Positions 14,265 through 24,600 of a DNA stretch of 27,396 bases are shown here, in pieces; position 1 is the first letter of the stretch; each line of letters begins with the position of its first letter. The notes under the pieces are model-generated. The model was given only the letters and a program-made list of their open reading frames with translations, was not told the origin of the DNA and searched no databases. The stretch is from the IMG/VR virus record IMGVR_UViG_3300001380_000281, positions 1-27,396 of that record. The stretch is one strand, 5' to 3'. The DNA comes from a virus (lineage: Duplodnaviria > Caudoviricetes). Made by a program: the position numbers and the translations under genes.

Positions 14265-17200
14265 TTAATCCCCTTCCGATACGCCTGCGCTTACAGCCCT
14301 TCTTGCGACACCCATTTGCGGATTCAACCAGTTTATATATCCGGAAGGACTCTTGTAATACTTCCTTGCTATGTTTTGGGATTCAGGAGACTTCGGATTA
14401 AGGCCCTCGAACGATCTCTTTAGTTTTTCCTGTTCCCAGCGCTTCTTCTGTTCAGCCTCTTGAACTTTAACAAGAAGTCCTGATTTACCAGGTGAAACCC
14501 TTCCTCCTGCTACCATAGGCAAGAGATACTCGCCTGGTGTCTTAAACCTACCTTGCTTAAATTCTATAGGCAGGGCAGAAGCTGAAAGCGAATGACCCAT
14601 TCTATTCATGATATTATCGACATTGCTTGCCCCGGGCCAACTTATCTGCTCGTTTGCTATAGGGTCGTAATTCATCACCTGCTGCATCGTCTCTTTAATA
14701 ACAGGATCAAGTTTATTGACGAACCATTTATAGGTACTCGTCTCATGATGTATACCTAAAGCCTTCCCCACAAACTCCGGCATAAGCTTAATAAGCTGTT
14801 CGAACTGCCGGCCTAGCGGCATATTGTAATAGAGCTTATCGCCGCTACCCGCCTTCCAGGGAAGCTCTATATCCGTCCTGTGTCCTTCGTCGTTCTCGAA
14901 CGAAAAGTGGCCTGAGAGCGCAAGATTCACAAGGTTGCTCGCAAGCATCATACCGACAACTTGCTTGACTACGATTTCCTGATAAGTCTTCGCGACCTCA
15001 TCTCTCATTTTAGGATTTATCACCTCATGCCTAAGCATACGAGGGCTGAACTTTTCGACTATAGGCAAAGCTCCTGTAATAAGCCGAAGCTGGGCCGTAG
15101 TATAACTTTTGGCGAAGAGTAACATTCCCATAAGAGCCCCGGTATCTCGTGACCATATTCTTTGGGGAAGATTACCCATTAAATCATTAGTGATTATGGA
15201 AGAGAGCTTGTCGGAGGTCTTCTGGTCGTATCCTTTTTTCTCGAACCTATTCGACATCTCAAGCCACACAGCATCCCCCATGAGATCCACGAAACTCCAC
15301 ACCCAGTTGTTGGTCCCGGCGTGTTCCATAGCAATCCACTTACCCATCTCTTTTAAGTGGTTCTTGGCATCTTTATCCCTAAAGTATTTATTCGCCTCCT
15401 CAGTCACATAATCCATGGCCTGATAGTTTAGTTCCCTGTCTCTGGTCCTGCCGCTCAACATCATGCGCTGTATAACTTCCGGCGAGGCTACTTGTTCAAG
15501 AGGATTCTTTTCTGATGTAAATAGCTTTGGTAGGGCTTTAGAGAATATTCCCCACCATCTCGGGAATCCCGCAACGACTATAGTCGGCAAAGCGTTATCT
15601 AGAGTCTGCGCGAATGGCTGCCACAAGAGGAACTGCTTTTCGATACCCTGGACTTTTTTAACATTCTGATACCACTTGGCTTTGGAAAGTCCGCTTGATT
15701 TATACAGATACATCATCTCTTTGGCGAGGGCCGGATTCATGAATGTCTCTTGTTCGGCGCCGGATGGCTGAACGAAGTTCCATTGGCGCATTACCTTGCC
15801 AACTTCGACATAGTTATATCGAGACCTGAGTTCTTCTGCGGATACTCCGTCTCTCCCCGGTATCACCATCAAGCCTATGCCGCCTCGAACAGGGTCTTTT
15901 ATCTTCCTCATATCCTGGGCAAAGCTGTCGTAGGCAAGCCTCTTGTATCCATCCGAGATACGCCTTGCCACAAGATTCGAATAATCGTACTCAGGTACAA
16001 GGTTATATTTGGCGAGTTCCTGCTCGAACTCCTCTATAGTCTTGAACTCTTTTCTCTTTTCGAACCAGTCTCTCGCGCTGTCAGTAGAGCCAAAACCCTT
16101 AGACCACTTCATGGCGAGTTCCTCTTCGGTTGGAGTGCCGTGAAATGGGAAGTATCCGTTTACTCTTTTTTCATGCCATACGTTTAGATCTGCGTCGTTA
16201 TTTACAAGATGCTTCCAATGGGTCTGGTCTATTAAGCCTTTCCAATAAAGCATTTCTTTAAAGACGTCCGGATAAAGCACTGCGAAATTATGGACAAAAT
16301 CCGCGTCTTCTTTAGATATGCCCCTGGCAAGGCTCCACCGAAAGTAATTGAAATCGGGATCAAGCGGACTCTTCTCCGGGTCTGCCACAACAAGGCTGGA
16401 CGTTTTAATCCAAAGCCGGGATTCTCTAATCGTGGCCTTTATGCTATCCATGAACTGATGAATGGAGTTGCGGATCTTCGATTCTTCCGCTTGGGCGGAC
16501 TGTTGAGCTGCCGTTAGGTCTATTGATTTCCACTGGACAAGATTGTCAAGATAAGCAAATGGACGAGACAGAACATCTATTATTTTTTCTCTAAATGTCC
16601 TGGTAGCCGGTTTAGGATCGTTTTGCATCTCCTGGCGCGCTGTTTTTTGGAGCTGTTCTTTATTCATCTGGTAAATCGCGTCTTCCACTCCGGGTATAAT
16701 TGGCTGTTTTAGTTTCCCGATGCCGGTATCTATCAACTCGGCCAAATTGTGTCTTGTAACCCAGCCTTCTGAGCCGTCCTTAATGTGATACTCCATAACG
16801 CCGTCTTTACCCGCTCTAACGTCTAAAATAGTTACGTCGCCTGAAAACGCTTTCGCTTTACCTATAACATCCGGTATGGACACGCTCTCGCTAAGAGTAA
16901 AGGTCTTACCTCTTAACTGCTCGGGCGTAACACCGCCATAATATGTTGGGCCAAACGCTCTTTTCTTTTTCTCGAAAGCTTCCGAAAGATTATCCATGAA
17001 AGCCTGCCAACCCTCCGGAGGCTCGTCCTTTAAATCCCCTTCCAAAATTTGATCAATCATCTTCTGTTGTTCAGGATCAAGCTTAATTTTGTTCTTCGCA
17101 AGCAGTTGATTCAGGCCGTCCCTTGCCTCATCGACATCGCCCTGCCTCATTATCTCGTTCTGTTTCTCTATGTCACCCGCTGCCTTTATGCCTTCATCGA

Positions 17201-19586
17201 GGAGATTTACGCCTTCCTCTTGTTGAATTTTCTTATTTTCCTCTGTAGTGATTTCCTGTAAGCCCTCTTCTGCCATCCTCTGGGATCGCATGGCGCGGAG
17301 CCTCTCCTCTTTCTGTTCGGCCAAAAGCTGCGGTATGGTTTTTTCTCTTATCCCTGGTTTCTTCTGCCTTTCTCCTAAACCTCTTATGGGAGGGGTAAAG
17401 CCCTCTGCATCTCTATCAAACTCTCTTACCTGCTCGCCTCTCTTATTGAATATATAGGCTGCGCTTACCGGGATTCTGCGGCCATCTTTCAGCAAAAGTT
17501 CCCATTTTCCTTGTTTGCCCTCTGCTATCTTTCCCTCGAGATTAAGTTCTTTTAGCGCCTCATTTAATCTCGCGTTACTGGCGATCCTCGGAGGAAGGGC
17601 CTTGTTGTTTTCAATAGCGTCTTTAAGATCGCTGACGAGATCCTTAAAAGCTTCGTCTTTTACTGGTTTCTTTGGCGCTACGGGTTCGACTGCTCTGCTT
17701 AATACCTCTTTAGCTACATCGTTAAAACGCTCTTTCCCTTCCGCGACGGCATTGACGCGCTCTCTTAACCATCCTCCATTCTTAGTTATAAATGGCGCTC
17801 TTGTCGTTTCCGGCAGCATTCCTAGTATATCGTTCTGATATTCGTCGGCGGTTTTTCCTGACACAGGCAATTTGGCCTCTGGAGTCGCCTCGCTCACACC
17901 TACTGTAGAAGCGCCTGTAGTGGTAGCTGTAGGCTGGAAGAACTCTTTTAATTTGCGTATTTCATCCTGCAAGGACTGGGCTTCAACATGTTTTTTGCTC
18001 TCAGCGATTCCGTTTATCTCTCTTTCAAGTTCCCTGCTTGGACCCGTAGCCTTAAGCGTCACGTTTAAATTCTGAGGAAGATCGCGCCCTGTTCTAAATG
18101 GCTCAAACTTACCATTCTTCCAAAATTCTAATTTCTCTCCTCTTTCGCCGAAAATCCTGGGGTTATCCCGTACAACACGGGCAAGCTCATCTATAGATAG
18201 ATTCCGATCCATCCAGTGGTACTTCGCGTTATCGATGGCATCACCCTTACCCTCGCTAACTATAGTGAGCATCTTACCTAAGAACGCTCTCTTTTCGGCA
18301 GCGTCCTTTAGGTTCGTGTAGATATTTTTCAAAGAAGCATCAAAGTTGTTCGGGTTAAAATCCACATATTTACGCAAAAGTTCCGTAGTCTTTTCGGCAG
18401 GTGCCTGATACATCTCCGTTCCGGGAGTCATTTCTTTGGAGGCAAGGATCTTATTTATATCATCCGACACGCCTGCTCTCTGGGCCCTGCGGACTGGTAT
18501 CCCTATTGTGTCTTCTATAAATGACTTCTGAGCCTCGTCGAAATCAGCTGAAAATCTTGGCTTCTTCACTTCTTCGACGTTAGCCTCCCTTAAGAGTTTC
18601 GCACGCTTAGAAATACTATCTTCAATAAGAGTCTGCTGTTGCTGGTCTTGACGTGCGGATAATGGAGAATACTTATCCTGCCAATCGGCATAACGAGAAA
18701 GCTCCGGGTTAAAAGCTGCGTCTACCTTTCCACCTGAAAAATACCTTCTTAGATTCTCTGTTTGGCCCAGATCCTTAAACCCACCCGTAAGAGCGCTTCC
18801 CGCAGGAAACGACATGCCTCCTGCCAAAGCATTTATGATCCTCTCCTGCATATCGTTCGCTGGCTCAGTAAGACCAAGCCCAGCGCCAAGGGTGCCTTCT
18901 GATATTGCTTTCTTCACCCACTCAGCATGTTTCGGCGAAACGTTTTGAAGGGCTGTTTTTAAACCCGGTATGGATTCGACAAGTTTATTTATCCCTATTC
19001 CGGCTGCTCCAAGAGTCGCAAATGTAAGAGCTGTCTGGCCGGCATTTCCAATACGGGACGAGAAGTCCTCTAATGTCCCGGGGGACTTTTCAGGTGATTC
19101 CATAGATCCGTAGATGGCGCCCACAGCAGCGGTCTGAGCAAGCGGGTTCTCAAGCTTGGTAAGCCAGGCAAGGTTTCTTAGTTTTGAAAGTCCTGTTAGA
19201 GCTTTGACGCCCCGCCCAATTAGACCTGCCGGAACAGCGATGCCGGCAAGAGTTCCCGTGCCCCGGGCGAACTTCTGGGCAAGAGTAGTAGGCTCGCCCG
19301 AAACCTCCGGCTTTACATGCAGAAATTCTGATACGTTTCGACCGGCTTCTTTATTGACTAACCCCACCGCGCTGCCAGCCAATGTAAGAGGCGAAGTAAG
19401 CGTAGATAGGAAACCGGAATAAAACTGTTCCATGGCAGGGTTCGGCAATACACCTTTAGGCCCGAAAGGATTTCCTTCTAAGAATTTATCTGATGACTTT
19501 GTGGCGGTGGCAGGCGCAAGCCCGGAAAAATCGAAAGAGCTGGGCGCTTCAGATGTTTTTGTCAGTCCTGAAAAATCATATTCCAT
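14265..19586 (-). CDS. Large internal virion / DNA-ejection protein
   Basis: 1773 aa. Gly/Ala-rich amphipathic N-terminus, charged middle, helical C-terminus with GHFSFENDEGH. Last and largest of three genes after the nozzle, as in T7/P22-like gene orders. Confidence 0.7.
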   Translation of the reverse strand: MEYDFSGLTKTSEAPSSFDFSGLAPATATKSSDKFLEGNPFGPKGVLPNPAMEQFYSGFLSTLTSPLTLAGSAVGLVNKEAGRNVSEFLHVKPEVSGEPTTLAQKFARGTGTLAGIAVPAGLIGRGVKALTGLSKLRNLAWLTKLENPLAQTAAVGAIYGSMESPEKSPGTLEDFSSRIGNAGQTALTFATLGAAGIGINKLVESIPGLKTALQNVSPKHAEWVKKAISEGTLGAGLGLTEPANDMQERIINALAGGMSFPAGSALTGGFKDLGQTENLRRYFSGGKVDAAFNPELSRYADWQDKYSPLSARQDQQQQTLIEDSISKRAKLLREANVEEVKKPRFSADFDEAQKSFIEDTIGIPVRRAQRAGVSDDINKILASKEMTPGTEMYQAPAEKTTELLRKYVDFNPNNFDASLKNIYTNLKDAAEKRAFLGKMLTIVSEGKGDAIDNAKYHWMDRNLSIDELARVVRDNPRIFGERGEKLEFWKNGKFEPFRTGRDLPQNLNVTLKATGPSRELEREINGIAESKKHVEAQSLQDEIRKLKEFFQPTATTTGASTVGVSEATPEAKLPVSGKTADEYQNDILGMLPETTRAPFITKNGGWLRERVNAVAEGKERFNDVAKEVLSRAVEPVAPKKPVKDEAFKDLVSDLKDAIENNKALPPRIASNARLNEALKELNLEGKIAEGKQGKWELLLKDGRRIPVSAAYIFNKRGEQVREFDRDAEGFTPPIRGLGERQKKPGIREKTIPQLLAEQKEERLRAMRSQRMAEEGLQEITTEENKKIQQEEGVNLLDEGIKAAGDIEKQNEIMRQGDVDEARDGLNQLLAKNKIKLDPEQQKMIDQILEGDLKDEPPEGWQAFMDNLSEAFEKKKRAFGPTYYGGVTPEQLRGKTFTLSESVSIPDVIGKAKAFSGDVTILDVRAGKDGVMEYHIKDGSEGWVTRHNLAELIDTGIGKLKQPIIPGVEDAIYQMNKEQLQKTARQEMQNDPKPATRTFREKIIDVLSRPFAYLDNLVQWKSIDLTAAQQSAQAEESKIRNSIHQFMDSIKATIRESRLWIKTSSLVVADPEKSPLDPDFNYFRWSLARGISKEDADFVHNFAVLYPDVFKEMLYWKGLIDQTHWKHLVNNDADLNVWHEKRVNGYFPFHGTPTEEELAMKWSKGFGSTDSARDWFEKRKEFKTIEEFEQELAKYNLVPEYDYSNLVARRISDGYKRLAYDSFAQDMRKIKDPVRGGIGLMVIPGRDGVSAEELRSRYNYVEVGKVMRQWNFVQPSGAEQETFMNPALAKEMMYLYKSSGLSKAKWYQNVKKVQGIEKQFLLWQPFAQTLDNALPTIVVAGFPRWWGIFSKALPKLFTSEKNPLEQVASPEVIQRMMLSGRTRDRELNYQAMDYVTEEANKYFRDKDAKNHLKEMGKWIAMEHAGTNNWVWSFVDLMGDAVWLEMSNRFEKKGYDQKTSDKLSSIITNDLMGNLPQRIWSRDTGALMGMLLFAKSYTTAQLRLITGALPIVEKFSPRMLRHEVINPKMRDEVAKTYQEIVVKQVVGMMLASNLVNLALSGHFSFENDEGHRTDIELPWKAGSGDKLYYNMPLGRQFEQLIKLMPEFVGKALGIHHETSTYKWFVNKLDPVIKETMQQVMNYDPIANEQISWPGASNVDNIMNRMGHSLSASALPIEFKQGRFKTPGEYLLPMVAGGRVSPGKSGLLVKVQEAEQKKRWEQEKLKRSFEGLNPKSPESQNIARKYYKSPSGYINWLNPQMGVARRAVSAGVSEGD

Positions 19587-19595
19587 CTACTCACC

Positions 19596-20210
19596 TTAGA
19601 AATTTGGATTCTTAAGCAAAAATGTGGACACATCTTCATCCGATCCCGCATAGCCCTTACTTTGCAATAAAGTTCTCGCTTTTTTAATCCGGTCTGTATT
19701 CGCGGTATTAGCCCCTTTATTCTTAGCGGTAAATAACGCTTTCAGTTTGTCAATAAGCCCTGTCTGCGGTGCGGCCTTGGGCGTAAACATGTAATTCATT
19801 GTCGGGCCGCCGGAGTTAACATCAAGCTGCGAAGGGATTAAGTCATAACCTGCTGTAGAGCCTGTCGCGTTATCCATCAGCCCTCCCATCTTGCCCAGCC
19901 AGTTAGCCTTCTGCATGGAGAGCATGGCGTCATAATAGTTCTTAAGCATCTCCGATGATTTACCTGTCTGCGCGGCTCTCTCCTCGCCCGTAATAGTCCT
20001 TAAGCCAGGGTATGAATTGGTCGTATTCTCGCTGGGCCCAAGCCATCCTGCGTTGATAAGCGCGGGAAGCATCGCGAGATTGAGCTGATCTGCTTTACCC
20101 TGTTTGTATTTTGATAGGTCTACCCAGCTTTGGATCATGGGAGTAATATTTCGTGACCAGTCTTGATATCCGCTCCCAGATCCAGGTATATACTCAATAT
20201 TATTTGCCAT
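19596..20210 (-). CDS. Putative ejection/internal virion protein
   Basis: Low-complexity composition, no Cys. Position between the 344-aa and 1773-aa genes. Confidence 0.55.
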   Translation of the reverse strand: MANNIEYIPGSGSGYQDWSRNITPMIQSWVDLSKYKQGKADQLNLAMLPALINAGWLGPSENTTNSYPGLRTITGEERAAQTGKSSEMLKNYYDAMLSMQKANWLGKMGGLMDNATGSTAGYDLIPSQLDVNSGGPTMNYMFTPKAAPQTGLIDKLKALFTAKNKGANTANTDRIKKARTLLQSKGYAGSDEDVSTFLLKNPNF

Positions 20211-20220
20211 ATCTTTTCCT

Positions 20221-21255
20221 TTACTGATTTCCGTACCACCAGTTCGCCAGTTGCGAGGCTCCCTGGTTAGCCCACTTCCATGGTGCCGTCATTGTCTGCC
20301 CCATGCCGCTCATCCAATCACCTGCGAATTGCGCGGGGCTTTGCGAATAGGTAGGTGTCGATAAATTCATCATGGCAGTAGCCCTTGGAGAGACGTTACC
20401 TACGCTACCCGTGCCATAATTATTGATCGAGCTCATCCCCCAATTATTTAAAGGATTTGTCGTCGTAAGGGGAGAGTTCCAGGTATAATCGGATGGATTC
20501 ATGAAACTTCTCATAAGATCCTGCGTTTGATTTACGTTCATGCCTGATGTGGTCGTCGCGTTTGTAGGCATCGCTGACATAAGCCATGGAACGGAGCTAC
20601 CCATACTTCCTAGCATGTTGGAAACTGAATCCCAGGCGTTTTGCTCGTAAGGCTGCTGATACATGCCTACAGGAGTTCCCCAGGATCTCTCGTCCTGGCT
20701 TAACTGCATGGATAATTGAGGAAATTGATACGCCCCTGTTTCTTGAGCCTGATATCCGAGTTGCGATATATAATCGTCTATGGCTTTCTCTTGTTGAGAA
20801 TATTTCTGAAGCTGAGAGCCATATGTCTTAGACGATGCCGCACCTCTTCCAAGACCTCTTGCCGCGTCATAAGCGGCAGTCTGGTTAAGGATACCCGGTT
20901 GAAACTGATCGCCGTAATATGCCTGGTTTAATCCCTGTTGCTGCTGTTTCTTGAGTAGTGGCGATATCCCTTCATACCAGGCCGGAAACTTTCCCTCCAT
21001 TATGCGCTGTAGGTTCTGGGTAATAAAATCGCTCGTTAGCCTCATCCTCGGCTCACTGTAAGACGGCTGCTTGGGATAGATGATATCGTAGCCTCCGCCT
21101 TTCCTATTCTGATTGGCGAGCATTCCAGCACCGGCAGCGGCGCCTCCCGTTAAAGCCGTAATACCGAGCGCAAGAGCAAGGTCATCCACGCCGAACACAT
21201 AGCGCTTGCGGTCTATTGGTTTAGGGCTTGGTACTGCCCAAAGTCGTCTCTCCAT
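20221..21255 (-). CDS. Putative DNA-transfer (pilot/ejection) protein
   Basis: Hydrophobic LALALGITALTGGAAAGAGMLA N-terminus, then Q/G/S/M-rich sequence. Confidence 0.65.
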   Translation of the reverse strand: MERRLWAVPSPKPIDRKRYVFGVDDLALALGITALTGGAAAGAGMLANQNRKGGGYDIIYPKQPSYSEPRMRLTSDFITQNLQRIMEGKFPAWYEGISPLLKKQQQQGLNQAYYGDQFQPGILNQTAAYDAARGLGRGAASSKTYGSQLQKYSQQEKAIDDYISQLGYQAQETGAYQFPQLSMQLSQDERSWGTPVGMYQQPYEQNAWDSVSNMLGSMGSSVPWLMSAMPTNATTTSGMNVNQTQDLMRSFMNPSDYTWNSPLTTTNPLNNWGMSSINNYGTGSVGNVSPRATAMMNLSTPTYSQSPAQFAGDWMSGMGQTMTAPWKWANQGASQLANWWYGNQ

Positions 21256-21264
21256 TCCTCTCCT

Positions 21265-21462
21265 TTAACTGTCCATATATCCGGTATATAAACCGTCCTT
21301 ATAATGCAGCGTCCTTGTCCCGCCTCCCGGCTTGGCACAAGCAACGTTTTCCGTTTTTCCTTTGGTTCCATCTAGAGATATATATCTTCCGCTCTCGAGC
21401 TTCTGAAGGATATTATTCAGAACGGGCAGATCTTTTGCATCAAAGCCGGTGACTTTATCCAC
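21265..21462 (-). CDS. Small virion-region protein
   Basis: Overlaps the upstream gene. TRTLHYKDGLYTG beta-hairpin tail. Confidence 0.6.
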   Translation of the reverse strand: MDKVTGFDAKDLPVLNNILQKLESGRYISLDGTKGKTENVACAKPGGGTRTLHYKDGLYTGYMDS

Positions 21463-21661
21463 TTACGCTTATATCTCCTTTTAGCTCGATAAGCTGCTTC
21501 TCCAGGTCTTTCTTTTTCTGCGCCTCCTGGCCTCTACTTGCCTGTAAAGCCTGTATCCTCTGGTCGTAGTCATCAAGCATAGTGTTGATACGCGCTATCT
21601 GATCCTTTATAACTTCCACCCTATCCGATATTAGTTTCTTACTGCTATCGCTTACTCCCAT
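21455..21661 (-). CDS. Small coiled-coil protein (possible tail chaperone)
   Basis: GGGAGG RBS. Continuous heptad pattern. Confidence 0.6.
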   Translation of the reverse strand: MGVSDSSKKLISDRVEVIKDQIARINTMLDDYDQRIQALQASRGQEAQKKKDLEKQLIELKGDISVSG

Positions 21662-21672
21662 AAAGCCTCCCT

Positions 21673-24600
21673 CTATATAATCGGCTCGCTCGTCATAACA
21701 ACGCCGAGCTGTTTAATCTTAAAATCGTAAATGTCATTCTTGTACCATTGGAATCGAATAGCCCTGCCAAAGGCCGTATCCGGGAAGAACGACTCCCAGC
21801 GATGGGGATATGCACTCAAATCAATGCCGGCGAACGCATACGACGTTCCGTCGCCGTCATCGATGTCGTAACTTAAATCAAGATATCCTGCCGGCCCGAT
21901 CCCGGCCTTCTCATGAATAGACACTATTTTTCGAAAGAGCTTATCCTGCAAAGGAAGATCGAAGTTGCGATAGCCGGTCCTGTAAATCATTTCGACGGTT
22001 GTTTCAGCGTTAGTCTGGACCTTATAGTAATCGAATTTAACGACGTAGCTATTTGCATAATATATATACGGGAACTCTGCATAGTCGGGCGCGTCAGTTG
22101 AAGTCATTTCCACTTTAAATTGAAAATATTTCAAATCGTTTGGATCCGTAGATCCACCCGTAGATACTATGGGAGAACCTGCCGGATTTGTTAAGGCCAA
22201 GCTCCAGGATGCTGCCTGACAAAGAACGTCGGTGGAAGCGTTCCTGGTATAGACACCCACGTCTCCATGAGCACCTAAATACTCATTCCAGTACATATTG
22301 CCTAGCTGATCCGCGGTAATATGCAATACCGGAGAAGTCCAAGTCGCTATCGGTAAGCCTATCCGAATATTATCGATGTAAACCACATTGCCGGAATCCG
22401 TATTGGTTAGCTTTATGGCGAATTTTATGATAGCGTTTTTGTTCGCGTCTGGTACGCCTGAGAAATCAAGCGCTACTGTCTCCCAGGTATTGGATGATGC
22501 AATAGGAACGTTGACGAGATTATCTGTTCCGGCACTTTCCCCCATACCGAATTGGAAGTTAGCGCCGGTTCTTAGCGAGTAGACATCTATTAATATCTTA
22601 TCGTGGGTAGAAGCAGACAAGTCCATCGCTGAAACAGTCTTGGCAAAATACTGATTAAGTGTATCAGCGCCAGGCGGACATACTATCTTAAGTGAGTAAG
22701 CGCCATGGTTATATACGTTATCTTCCGAAAAACACTCCAAAAGATTCACATAGTCCGATGTGTCGGTAGACGCAGGTACCGTGCCGGTGCTATTCAAATA
22801 GTCGCATATAGGCAAAGTGTATGCCTGAACCTGAGAGATGGCTCCTATCACTCGAACGTCATGATCTGCCGAAGCATAAGAAGAGATATTGGCCCTTATA
22901 GCGGTTGTACCGGTCCATGCTCCGGTACCAGTGCCGGATAATGACACACCGTGTCCGCTTCCCCCGCCGCCGTCACTTGCGCTGTAGATAGTGCTCCACG
23001 TTCCGTTTTGTTGTAACTCTACTGACGCGCTGCCGCCTGAGTTTGGAGCAGAGCTGTAGCCGTCGGTATATCCGTAAGCGTATAGGCTGTAGACTATCTT
23101 CGCTATAGATGAGGAGCTGAAACTAGTCTGCGTAGTCCTGGAATCACTTAAATTCCCTCCGCCCTGATAACGGTCATAGCTTGCGCCAGGTACAGACCCC
23201 ACGAGTTGTTCGAGAGTGCCGGAATTGTTGATTGTATTTGCCCTGAAATGTGCGAGTCCATTCAATGCCCCTGCCGCTCCTATCGTTATGATATACGCGT
23301 ATATATCAGTGACACCTGTCCCCGAAATAGTAATGCTCCCGTTTATAGTAATCGTTCCCAAGCACTTGATCATGGCATCGCCTGGGACAGTAAGGATCTT
23401 GCCGGAATCTATTGTTAACGAGGTATAGTTGTATACGCCTGATGTAAGCGTCTCGTCGCTACTTACAATCTTAGCGCCATCCACTCCTGTGCCAAGATCG
23501 GGAGGGACCTTCTTCGAGGCGGTAGTTTGAGATGTGCTCCAAGCAGCTCTTGAGTCGTCGTTCGTAGAATATTCCATGCCATCGATTGTCTCCCTGGTAA
23601 GAATAGGACTTGTCTCAGAACCGATGACACTCGCGTCCCCATACGTACCTGTATCGAAGTCGGTCTTAGAGCGATAGTTAACCACATCAGGTCGTCTATC
23701 ATATTTATAGACATATCCCGTAAGACTATCACCTGCGAAGAGCTGCCCTTCGTCCGTTCCGCCCATAGCGGATGCGAAACAGCTTATATTCACATAGCCG
23801 CCCGATCTGGGCCCACCCTTATCTATGCTCATCTGCTTATTTACCATGTCATAGATAAGGACTCTATCGTGATACTGATGGCCAAGGTTCGCGTCCGTAT
23901 AGGCCGCTATATACATTCCCTGATGGTATATGGCCGCGGTGAGAGGAAGCCGTGCCGCGAGTATATTATTCCTTATCGAAAACTCGGTTATATAAGGCAT
24001 GGAAAAATTACCGTTATAAATATAGAAGTAATCCCACCCCTCATAAACGATTCCGTACGGAGTAGTAACGATAGAATACGGCGAGGGACACCCTTGAGTA
24101 GAAACAATGTTCCCTAAAGTCCATGTATCAGGAGTGCCTGATACATAGTATGGACGGATGGAATTTTGTTTAAAGATGTGCGTCACGCCAAGATAGTTCG
24201 CTATCCCCGTTATCTCATCATTATCGCCTCCGCCTATGATGTCATAGGCGTCCGTTGCCTCTACAGTCGATAGATCTGTCGAAGCGGTAGGAATGTAATG
24301 AGGCAGATATTGCTCGGAATAATATATGGTATTAGGCCAGTTCGGATCGCATGTGACAAATAGTCTCTCCTGTTCCAGGTGCAGGAGCGCTCCCTTCGGC
24401 ATATCATTATTCACGGCTGCCATAGTAGCGCCCAATGATCCATCGGCTATGTTGTCGGTATATGTCATAGTGGAATTATCGGATATGGTTGCAAGAAGCT
24501 TAAGAGTGGCGCCTCCGGCAGCGGTTCGGTAGATCTTTCTAGCCGTTGTGCCGGTAGGCCCTAAAGGTATATGGGAAAGGCTGACCTTTGTATGAGAGGC

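Noticed and set aside
23463-23732. 89-aa alternate-frame ORF within the nozzle gene
   Set aside because: Entirely nested, with no RBS or slippery site noticed. Most likely a chance open frame.
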